This document shows, piece after piece, positions 1 to 8,024 of a DNA stretch of 64,000 nt (position 1 is its first letter; every line of letters starts with the position of its first letter). The position numbers were made by a program, and so were the translations under genes. The stretch spans positions 47,992 to 111,991 of the forward strand of contig JALHNL010000002.1 of assembly GCA_022843545.1 (NCBI GenBank), given 5' to 3'. The stretch comes from Phycisphaerales bacterium. Lineage in GTDB: Bacteria > Planctomycetota > Phycisphaerae > Phycisphaerales > UBA1924. The notes beneath the pieces are model-generated. The model worked only from the letters and a program-made list of their open reading frames with translations. It was not told the origin of the DNA and searched no databases.

Positions 1-263
1 GCGGCGACGAGTTTGCGATCCTGCTGCCCGAGACCGATGAGCGCAGCGCGCAGACGGTCATCCGCAAACTGCGCGAACGCGTCCAGGAGGCGATGGACAA
101 GCAGGGGTGGCCCGTGACGCTCAGCATGGGCGTGGCGACGTTCGTGGAACCGCCCGAGGCGGCCGATGTGCTGGTGGGCAAGGCCGACCAGCTGCAGTAC
201 GAGGTCAAGCACGCGGGCAAGAACTCGGTGAGGTTCCAGACCATCGGGCGCAAGGCGGCCTGA
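1..263 (+). CDS. GGDEF-domain diguanylate cyclase, C-terminal fragment (5' end outside window)
   Basis: Frame 3 reads GDEFAILLPETDERSAQTVIRKLRERV...LSMGVATF...GKADQLQYEVKHAGKNSVRF. This is the (G)GDEF motif plus the conserved C-terminal segment of GGDEF domains. Stop TGA at 261-263. Confidence 0.8.
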   Translation, partial: GDEFAILLPETDERSAQTVIRKLRERVQEAMDKQGWPVTLSMGVATFVEPPEAADVLVGKADQLQYEVKHAGKNSVRFQTIGRKAA

Positions 264-349
264 AGGGCGGTTTTGCCCGGAACCACCGGGGTCCCGGGGC
301 GGTATAGCCTTGTAACTCCGCTCGTGGTCAACCTTGGCGAGGGTCAGCG

Positions 350-1465
350 ATGAACCGCCGTATTCACTCCGCACTGACCGCCACTGTTCTGACAGCCGCG
401 ATGAGCACGCCGAGCTTGGCGCAGTGCGTGGGCGGGTCGTGCGCCCCTCGTGGGCCCTCGACGCGGGCGTTCTTTCCAGACTCGGCTTCGCGCGTGTTTG
501 ACCCGAGCCGCCCGCCGCAACTGGCGCTTCCCGAGGGCGTCCCGGTGGGCGTGGCGGAGCATGAGCTGACCCCGGAGCAAACGAAGCTGCTCGCGGAGCA
601 CAACAAACGCCGCGTGGAGGGGGAGCGGAAGCTGCGCGTGCTGTGGCGCAATCACTTCGACAACACCAAGAACGCCAAGATTCGCGCCGAGGGCCTGGCG
701 AAGCTGCGCGAGTTTGACGACCCCGCGCTCTACCCGCTGCTCATGACCGTGTTCGACCGCAAGGACCACGAGGTACGCGGCGCGGTGCTGGACCTGCTGG
801 CGGAGCGGCGGTCGTACGAGGCGGACGCCACGCTGGCCTGGGGCGCGATGTTCGACAAGGACGAGTGGTTCCGCGATGAGGCGCAGAAGCGGCTGCTCTC
901 TCGCGTGAAGACCGAGGGTGGCAAGGTCCCCGGCGCGGTCTCGTCGGTCATCGCCTCGGCCTTCCTCACCAGCGACCCGCACACCCACACTCGGGCGGGC
1001 CAGTTGTCCCAGACCCTCGGGCTCATCGAGGCCATCCCCGCGATGATCTCCGCGCAGGCCGGCACGTCGGCCTCGCCCTCGCGGTCCAGCAGTGACGGCA
1101 ACCTGGCCACCATCGTGATCGGGCGGCAGGTCACGTTCATCTCCGACCTCACGCCCGTAGTGGGCGAGAACGCCGTGGGCTTTGATCCTCAGGTGAGCAC
1201 GCTCACCGAGGGCGTGTACATCAACGTCAACGACGCGGTGGTCACGTGGCGGAACGTGGCGCTCAACTCTCAGCTCAAGGCGTGGGCCTCGGCCCTCACC
1301 GGCAAGAACGTGGCCCATCTGGACTTCGACCACAACGCGTGGCGGCGCTGGTACTTCGACGACCTGAAGCCGCAGATGACCCGCCGGTCCCAGCTCGTCG
1401 CCGCGATGGTCGGCGAGCCTGAGTCAGAACTGGCCCCCAGCCGAACGCCCGCCAACGCCCAGTGA
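350..1465 (+). CDS. Hypothetical secreted protein with helical-repeat-like region
   Basis: 371-aa ORF with an N-terminal signal-like segment MNRRIHSALTATVLTAAMSTPSLAQ. The middle part (DDPALYPLLMTVFDRKDHEVRGAVLDLLAERR) looks HEAT-like. No family recognised. Confidence 0.55.
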   Translation: MNRRIHSALTATVLTAAMSTPSLAQCVGGSCAPRGPSTRAFFPDSASRVFDPSRPPQLALPEGVPVGVAEHELTPEQTKLLAEHNKRRVEGERKLRVLWRNHFDNTKNAKIRAEGLAKLREFDDPALYPLLMTVFDRKDHEVRGAVLDLLAERRSYEADATLAWGAMFDKDEWFRDEAQKRLLSRVKTEGGKVPGAVSSVIASAFLTSDPHTHTRAGQLSQTLGLIEAIPAMISAQAGTSASPSRSSSDGNLATIVIGRQVTFISDLTPVVGENAVGFDPQVSTLTEGVYINVNDAVVTWRNVALNSQLKAWASALTGKNVAHLDFDHNAWRRWYFDDLKPQMTRRSQLVAAMVGEPESELAPSRTPANAQ

Positions 1466-1493
1466 CGGGCCGCGGGCGGGGCATCACGTCATC

Positions 1494-3719
1494 TCACTTC
1501 ATCTCGTCGGGCATCCACTCCGGCAGGTCGGCGATGGACCGGTGGGCCTCCTCGCTCGTGGGCACGCCCCACTTCTGGAAGAACGGCCCCAGGTTGCGCC
1601 CCGCGGCGCGGCTGAACCTCACCATCCACTGGTCGCGTTCCTGCTGCTCGCCGCGAGGCCGCTGATTCTGGGGCAGAGCGCGATACTCGGCGAACACCTT
1701 CTTGTACGTTTCCCAGCCGAACGCTTCCTGCAACTGCATGTACATCTCGAGCGCCAGGAACGGGTCGGACTTCCACTTCTCGAACGGCGCGCCCGCGGCC
1801 ATGTGCGTGCGCATCTTCTCAACGCGCTGCGAGCGGTCGTTCACCGCGTCGTGGCCCGTGCGCGGCGGTTTGCCGCAGACGGTCTCGGAGACGTACAGCG
1901 AGAAGAGGTTGCAGGTGACCTCGACCGTGCCGCTGAAGGTCCACATCGCGTCCTGATGGTTGTGCCCCATCTCGTGGAAGAGCCCCCAGTTGCCCGAGGC
2001 CAGTTTGGCCGCGATGACCATGTCGTCGGCGGCATCCAGGTGGGTCATGATGGGGTAGCCCGCGTGCATGTAGCCCGCGGAGATCTGCACATCGGCGACG
2101 TAGCGCTCGGGCCGCGCTCGCTCGCGCGGCATGGCCGCCAGATCGGCGCAGGCGTCCATCACGCGGTCCCAGAGTTCCAGCACGGGGCGAGGGTCGTCGA
2201 TATCCCGGACGTGCTCGCTGGGCACGGTCACGATGACCTTGGACGTGGCGAACTCAGCCCAGGGGCCCGGCGCGTTGCGAAGCCGGCTTCGCCACTCCGC
2301 GGGGTCGGTCTTTCCGAGCACGAAGAGCGGCGCCTCCACCGCGCCCTCAATGCGAACACTCACCTCGCCCTTCGACGGCTTCTCCACGCACACATACACC
2401 AGCCCGCCGAAGGGCGACGCGATCTCCATCTCCTCGTCGCCCGCGCCGGCGGTGACCTCCATCGGCCGACTCAGGGTAATCTCGGGCACACGGCTCCACG
2501 AGTCCTTGTGCCACAGGCGATCGGTGTGACTGCCGATCTGAACCCGCGCTGTGCCGGGCTTGATCGCGCCCCCCGCCGGCCAGGTCAGCCGCACCACCTC
2601 GCCCGGCGCGGCGTACAGCCCCAGGCTGTGCCAGCCCGGTGTGGACAGACTGATCGTGCGCTCCGCGGTGATGCGCGGGGCCTGGCTCGGGACCGCGCCC
2701 GGAAACTCCGCCGCTCGCGGGTCAGCCGCCACCTCAACCGGGGCGAGCGACGCCATGGACTCCACGGCGTACGTCACCAAAGCCCGCTCCGCCGGGCGGT
2801 TTGCCCGCAGCGGGGACTTGGCGCTGATCTTCACCGCGCTTAGCCGATCGCGCACCAGCCCGTCCAGCCGCGTGCGATAGACCATGTCGTCGGGCGGCAA
2901 GAGCCGCGTGCCCATCGCCACCGTAACGCCGGCCTGCGGATCGCGCGTGGCGCTGGCCTGTTCCTGCCCGGCGGGAGGAAACAGCGCATCCATCGCGCGG
3001 TCAAAGCGGAGCAACGCTCCCGGCGTTTCGGTCGCGTCAAATCGCTCGGGCAACTGCGGCGCAACGAAATCGTCCGTCCACGCGATCCCCGCTTCACGCA
3101 GCAGGATGCTCGGCTCATGCGTGCGCATGTCGGCCCCGCCGTTGATCTGCTGCCAACCCCACCCCGTCTGCGCGATGATCAGCCCGCCGCCCTCCTTCAC
3201 GAACTTCGCCACGCGCTCTCGAACGTCCGGGGGCATGGACGAACGCGCGGAGACCACCACGTCCACGCCGCTGAGGTCGGGCCACTTCGCCCCGGCCGCG
3301 CGGGCATCGCCATCATGCTGGTTCAGCCACTCGTGCGCGCGAGAGTCCACCGTCAGCACGCGCGGAGGCCGAATCCCCGCGCTGGCGCTGACTTTGACCG
3401 CCCCCGCCCACGCCACGGCGTTCAGAAGCAACCGCCCGGTGTCGCCCTGATCGAGCGTCGCCGGGTCGAGGTAGCCGCTGTGCCCCAGCGCCACCACTCG
3501 CCCGCGCCCCCAGGTGGAGGCGACCACCACCGCCGCCTTTGCGCTCCCGTCCATCTTGCCCACCACCACGGCCTCAGCCGGCGAAGCCAGCGCGATGACC
3601 GCACCGGGCGAGCCCGGCGCGGCGATCTGCTTCACACCCGCGAGCAGAGCCTCTCGCGGCTCGGCGGGCGGGGCGACGGTGAACACACAGACGACACACG
3701 CGGCGAGATAAGCGAGCAT
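1494..3719 (-). CDS. Peptidase M60-like (enhancin/TCAF-like) zinc metallopeptidase with N-terminal amidotransferase-like domain
   Basis: 741 aa with a short signal-like N-terminus. Has the HEMGHNHQ zincin motif typical of M60-like peptidases (HExxHxxQ). The N-terminal half has a GGGLIIAQTGWGWQQ segment like TCAF-type proteins. Confidence 0.7.
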   Translation of the reverse strand: MLAYLAACVVCVFTVAPPAEPREALLAGVKQIAAPGSPGAVIALASPAEAVVVGKMDGSAKAAVVVASTWGRGRVVALGHSGYLDPATLDQGDTGRLLLNAVAWAGAVKVSASAGIRPPRVLTVDSRAHEWLNQHDGDARAAGAKWPDLSGVDVVVSARSSMPPDVRERVAKFVKEGGGLIIAQTGWGWQQINGGADMRTHEPSILLREAGIAWTDDFVAPQLPERFDATETPGALLRFDRAMDALFPPAGQEQASATRDPQAGVTVAMGTRLLPPDDMVYRTRLDGLVRDRLSAVKISAKSPLRANRPAERALVTYAVESMASLAPVEVAADPRAAEFPGAVPSQAPRITAERTISLSTPGWHSLGLYAAPGEVVRLTWPAGGAIKPGTARVQIGSHTDRLWHKDSWSRVPEITLSRPMEVTAGAGDEEMEIASPFGGLVYVCVEKPSKGEVSVRIEGAVEAPLFVLGKTDPAEWRSRLRNAPGPWAEFATSKVIVTVPSEHVRDIDDPRPVLELWDRVMDACADLAAMPRERARPERYVADVQISAGYMHAGYPIMTHLDAADDMVIAAKLASGNWGLFHEMGHNHQDAMWTFSGTVEVTCNLFSLYVSETVCGKPPRTGHDAVNDRSQRVEKMRTHMAAGAPFEKWKSDPFLALEMYMQLQEAFGWETYKKVFAEYRALPQNQRPRGEQQERDQWMVRFSRAAGRNLGPFFQKWGVPTSEEAHRSIADLPEWMPDEMK

Positions 3720-3760
3720 CCGAGCAGTCTACCACGAGGCCCCGCCGGAGCAACACCGAT

Positions 3761-5752
3761 TCACATCCCCGGCAGGTGCTTCTCGACCCAGTCGTCCTGA
3801 CGGAGCGTCTCGGCGCGGAGTCGGCGGTCGCGGTTCTGGCTTGCGCCCTGGGCGAAGGCGAACAGCCTCAGCGTGGCCGCCCGCTTCCAGCCCGCGAGTT
3901 CGCCCGGCTCGTTGCAGGTCTTTTTGAGCGACGCAGCCGCGGTCTTGGCGTAGAGCGCCAGCAGCTCGTCCTCGAGGCTCAGGAACATCTGGGCCGAGCC
4001 GGGGTCACCCTGCCGCCCGGCGCGCCCGATGAACTGCCGATCAACACGTTTGGCGGCGTGCATCTCGGTGAGAATGACGTGAAGCCCGCCGGCCTGCCGC
4101 GCGTCTTTGTCCAGCTTGATGTCGGTCCCGCGGCCGGCCATGTTGGTGGCGACCACGATCCCCCCCGAGTGCCCGGCCTGCGCGATGATGCCGGCCTCGT
4201 CCTTGTCGAAGTTGGCGTTGAGGACCTTGTGGGGTAGCCGCCGGGCGGTCAGCCGCTCAGCCAGCGTCTGCGAGGCCTCGATGCTGCGCGTGCCGGCGAG
4301 GATCGGTCGCCCCTGCGCGTGCAGCGCGGCGACGCTCTCGGCGACCGCGTCCCACTTGGCGGCGGCGGACCCGAAGGCGCGGACGGGCCACGTCTCGCGG
4401 ATGACCGGGCGGTTGGTGGGGATCACCGTCACGCGGCGCTGGTACGTCTTCTCCATCTCCAGCGTCGCGTCGGCCGCGGTGCCGGTCATGCCGCACATCA
4501 CCGGATAGCTGCGGAAGAACCGCTGGAAGGACATGCGGGCGATGGTCTCGCGGTCGGCGGTGATCTCCAGCCCTTCCTTGGCCTCCACCGCCTGGTGCAG
4601 CCCGTGCTCCCACGAGCGGTCCGGGAGGAACCGGCCGGTGAACTCATCGACGATGACCACCCGCCCGTCGACGATCTGGTACTGCCGACCGTGGTGATAG
4701 CACGTGAGCGCGATGACGGCCTGGCGCACCAGTTCCTCGGCGCGACGAGTGGCCCGCCAGATCGGGTCCGCCCGCTGGACGAACATCGCGGCGCACTTGG
4801 CGCGGCCGGCGCGGGTGAGTTCCGCCTGCTTGCGGAGGGCGTCGACCGTGACGTCGGTGCGGACCTTCAGCTCGCGCGCCATGGCGGCGGCGTCGCGGTA
4901 GATCGCCGCCATCTCGTCGCTCTTGCGGCTCTGGGCGATAATCAGCGGCACCACCGCCTCGTCGATGAGCACCGCGTCGGCCTCGTCCACCATCGCGGCC
5001 CGCAGCCCCGGCACGATTGGCCCCTGGCTGGCGACGCCCTCGCCCCCCAGCATCCGCAGACCGCCCCACGCGCTGCGCAGCGCGCCCAGGCGGATCTGGT
5101 CGCGGAGCCAGTCCGCGACGATCTGCTTGGGCGTGCCGTAGACGATGGGGAGGGCGTAGACGCGAGCGCGCAGCGCGTGCTCCTGCTCCTGCTGGATCGC
5201 GCCCACCTGCAGCATGCAGCGCTCGTAAATGCCGCGTCGGCTGTCGGCGTCGCGCTTGGCGAGATAGTCATTGACGGTGAGGACGTGCAGGTGGCGATGC
5301 TCCCAGGCCAGGAGCGGGGCGGCGATGGAGCCGGTCAGCGTCTTGCCCTCGCCGGTCAGCATTTCGACGATGCGCCCGCGGTACAGGGCCATCGCCGCCA
5401 TGAGCTGCACGACGTACGCCTCTTCCCCGATCTCGCGCCGCGCGTGTTCACGCGTGATGGCCAGCGCCGCGCGGACCACGGCGTCGTCCTGCCGCCCGCG
5501 CAGGAAGGTCTCGCGCACCTCGGCCGTTCGGTCGGCAAGGGCCGCCTCGCCCAGCGACCGCAGACCCGGCGACAGTTCACGGTCGATGGCCTCCGCCTGC
5601 TTGCGGAGCCACGAGAGCGTGTAGCGACCCGTGCGCACCCTCACGCCCAGCCACGCGGCGAGCTTGTCGAGCCCCTTGAGCGGCAGCGGCTTCTTCTGCC
5701 GCGAACGCAACGACTCGAAGAGCGTCGCGTAGTTGGTCAGGGCCTGGCTCAC
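3761..5752 (-). CDS. SecA-like ATPase, truncated (NBD1-PPXD-NBD2 only; no HWD, two-helix finger or C-terminal tail)
   Basis: 663 aa. SecA signature blocks present: EMLTGEGKTL (Walker A), HVLTVNDYLAKRD, MVDEADAVLIDEAVVPLII, TNMAGRGTDIKL, GRAGRQGDPGS. Only 77 aa follow the last block. The GTG start overlaps the stop of the upstream M50 gene (GTGA). Confidence 0.85.
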   Translation of the reverse strand: MSQALTNYATLFESLRSRQKKPLPLKGLDKLAAWLGVRVRTGRYTLSWLRKQAEAIDRELSPGLRSLGEAALADRTAEVRETFLRGRQDDAVVRAALAITREHARREIGEEAYVVQLMAAMALYRGRIVEMLTGEGKTLTGSIAAPLLAWEHRHLHVLTVNDYLAKRDADSRRGIYERCMLQVGAIQQEQEHALRARVYALPIVYGTPKQIVADWLRDQIRLGALRSAWGGLRMLGGEGVASQGPIVPGLRAAMVDEADAVLIDEAVVPLIIAQSRKSDEMAAIYRDAAAMARELKVRTDVTVDALRKQAELTRAGRAKCAAMFVQRADPIWRATRRAEELVRQAVIALTCYHHGRQYQIVDGRVVIVDEFTGRFLPDRSWEHGLHQAVEAKEGLEITADRETIARMSFQRFFRSYPVMCGMTGTAADATLEMEKTYQRRVTVIPTNRPVIRETWPVRAFGSAAAKWDAVAESVAALHAQGRPILAGTRSIEASQTLAERLTARRLPHKVLNANFDKDEAGIIAQAGHSGGIVVATNMAGRGTDIKLDKDARQAGGLHVILTEMHAAKRVDRQFIGRAGRQGDPGSAQMFLSLEDELLALYAKTAAASLKKTCNEPGELAGWKRAATLRLFAFAQGASQNRDRRLRAETLRQDDWVEKHLPGM

Positions 5753-7941
5753 AGCGTGACCTTCCCTTGAACCGCCTTCTGCAGCATCTCCACCGCCTGG
5801 TGCAGGATCGGGCGGCTGGGCAGCGTGAAGCGGATGTAGACGCGCTGGCCCAGCGCCGCATCCGCAAGCTGCGCCGGATCGACATCCACATAGATCGTGA
5901 ACAGATCGGTGGTCGCGACGCGGTGCGAGCGGTCGTCGGGCATCGTGGCGATCTGCCCGCCGCCGGCGTGGCCCAGCGCCGCGTGCGGGAGGATCCGCTG
6001 CCCCGCGGGGATGGCCCGAAGCCCCGTGGCCTCGATCACCTGGTGCACACGCGACACCAACCGGGCCTGCACGCGGTACTCATCCGGGCTCATCTGGAAC
6101 AGCCAGCCCGAGTCGCCCTGGGGCACGCTCGCCGTGATGCGCCGCTGAGAGAGATCCGCCACCTGGCACACCGGCTCACCCGTGCGCTGGAACGCCCCCA
6201 GGAGGTCTCGCGGATTGGCGCCCACGATGGTCCCGTCGTGCGGCGCTCTCACCACCAGAGCCGCCTCGCGCCGCGCGATGTCGCTGAGCTGCTCCTCCAG
6301 CGCGGCAATCCCGCTCTGCGCCACCGCCGCGCCCGCCGGGTCGTCCTTCGAGAACGCCTCGGCGAGCTTGAGCCTGGCATCAGCGATGGAGGCGATAACG
6401 AACTGCCGCTCCGCGGAGAGTTCCGGGCTCGAGAGCGTGAGGATCGGCTCGTCCTTCTTCACGCTCTGCCCGAGGCGGACATGGACGTCGGAAACGAACC
6501 CGTCGGTGCCCTGGAAGACGCCGGTGATGAGCGGGCTGTCCACCACGCCCACGACGCGCCGGTAATCGGGCACGGGCACCAGCCCGATCAGAGCCGCCCC
6601 GACGGCCGCCAGACCCAGCGTGCCCAGGATCGCTCGGGTGCGATACTCGAGCAGTTGCGGGCTGGTGGCCAGCCAGTGGACGAACTTGCCGATGGGCAGG
6701 ATGAACCACATGGCCGCGGTCCACAGCGCCAGGAAGAGCCCGACGAAGAAGAAGATGCCCAGCACATACAGCGTGATGACGACGAACAGGAAGATGCGGT
6801 AGATCAGCGCCAGCACGCCGTAGGTGATCAGGATCGCCACCTCCCCCGGCTGGTTGCTGGGCGGGCGGGCCTGCTTGATGCGGTAGAAGTAGCGCTGGAA
6901 CAGATGCTGCAGCATCTTGTTGGAGCGCATCATGAGGTTGGGCACCTCGATGAGGTCCGAAAGGATGTAGTACCCGTCGAACCGCATGAGCGGGTTGGCG
7001 TTGAACACCACCGTGCTGATGCCCGAGGTGAGCATGACGTAGTACGAGATCTGCTTGGCGAACGAGCCGTCGGGCGAGGCCAGCCACACCAGCGCCGCGA
7101 TCGAGGCGGCGAACAGCTCGAACATCATGCCGCCCGCGCCCACCGCCACACGCTGCCACTTGTTCGGGAACGACCAGCAACTGGAAGCGTCCACGAAAGG
7201 CGAAGGGATGAGCACCAGCAGCATCGCGCCGAACTCGGGCACCTGCCCGCCGAAGCGGTGGCAGATGACGCCGTGCCCGGTCTCGTGCCAGAGTTTGAGC
7301 AGGATGTAGACCAGGATCATCCAGCCCCAGTTGGAGGGGCTGGTGACCGAGTCAAACTGCCCGACCAGGCGCGGCCACTCGGGGATGATCTGGACGAGCG
7401 CGAAGATCAACAGCCCCAGCCACGCCAGGAAGCCCCAGCGGTTGAGCACCGGCCGCAAGATCGGCTCGATGAAGTTCAGGATCGGCGTGGGGTTGAAGAG
7501 CCGCAGCTTGAAGTACATCAGGCCGATGGCCTGCTGCATCACACGCTTCCTCACGCGCTCACGCCCGCGGGTGAGCAGCTGCTCGGTCTCCGGCGAGGCA
7601 TCAGCCGACAGCAGGTTGCTGTTGTAGAGCTGCCCGAGCAGTTCGATGACCTCGTTCTGCGTGGGGGCCATGTCGCCGAACTTGGAAAGGCTGATCTTCC
7701 AGGCTTCCTCAACGGTGCGCGCGCCGTCGAGCAGCCCGATGAGGTCGTAGGCGATGGGCGAGAGGCGGTAGAACTGGTTGCTGGTCGGGTCGTGCGCGAC
7801 ATGCCAGCGCCGCCCGCGGTAGTGCTGCCGGGTGATCTGCACGTGCGGGCGAAGCCGGGGCTTCATCGCGCGGACACGGTGCCAGAACGGGCTGAAGGTG
7901 GGGCGTTCCATGAGAAAGAGAAGGCACTCGGCAGCGGGCAA
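5749..7941 (-). CDS. M50 (site-2 protease family) intramembrane metalloprotease with PqqD/RRE-like N-terminal module and HlyD-like C-terminal periplasmic module
   Basis: 730-aa ORF (alternative start at 7911, MERPTF). Has HETGH plus NANPLMRFDG, the M50 HExxH and NxxPxxxxDG motifs, and multiple TM helices. N-terminal FYRLSPIAYDLIGLLDGARTVEEAWKISLSKFGDMAPTQNEVIELLGQLYNSNLL resembles PqqD-family peptide-binding domains. The C-terminal approx 270 aa look like a barrel-sandwich plus coiled-coil adaptor. Confidence 0.8.
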   Translation of the reverse strand: MPAAECLLFLMERPTFSPFWHRVRAMKPRLRPHVQITRQHYRGRRWHVAHDPTSNQFYRLSPIAYDLIGLLDGARTVEEAWKISLSKFGDMAPTQNEVIELLGQLYNSNLLSADASPETEQLLTRGRERVRKRVMQQAIGLMYFKLRLFNPTPILNFIEPILRPVLNRWGFLAWLGLLIFALVQIIPEWPRLVGQFDSVTSPSNWGWMILVYILLKLWHETGHGVICHRFGGQVPEFGAMLLVLIPSPFVDASSCWSFPNKWQRVAVGAGGMMFELFAASIAALVWLASPDGSFAKQISYYVMLTSGISTVVFNANPLMRFDGYYILSDLIEVPNLMMRSNKMLQHLFQRYFYRIKQARPPSNQPGEVAILITYGVLALIYRIFLFVVITLYVLGIFFFVGLFLALWTAAMWFILPIGKFVHWLATSPQLLEYRTRAILGTLGLAAVGAALIGLVPVPDYRRVVGVVDSPLITGVFQGTDGFVSDVHVRLGQSVKKDEPILTLSSPELSAERQFVIASIADARLKLAEAFSKDDPAGAAVAQSGIAALEEQLSDIARREAALVVRAPHDGTIVGANPRDLLGAFQRTGEPVCQVADLSQRRITASVPQGDSGWLFQMSPDEYRVQARLVSRVHQVIEATGLRAIPAGQRILPHAALGHAGGGQIATMPDDRSHRVATTDLFTIYVDVDPAQLADAALGQRVYIRFTLPSRPILHQAVEMLQKAVQGKVTL

Positions 7942-7968
7942 TGGGCATCAGGTGAGAGACGCGGGACT

Positions 7969-7989
7969 CGGCCATCGGCCATCGCAGAA
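7969..7989. repeat. Heptamer tandem array CGGCCAT x2 followed by CGCAGAA
   Basis: Plus strand reads cggccatcggccatcgcagaa, 27 nt upstream (in transcript sense) of the M50 ORF start. About 20 of 24 positions match the element at 28812-28835 by my hand comparison. Confidence 0.8.
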
Positions 7990-8024
7990 AGGAAGAGATC
8001 GGGGACCACTCCGACGCGGGCGGG

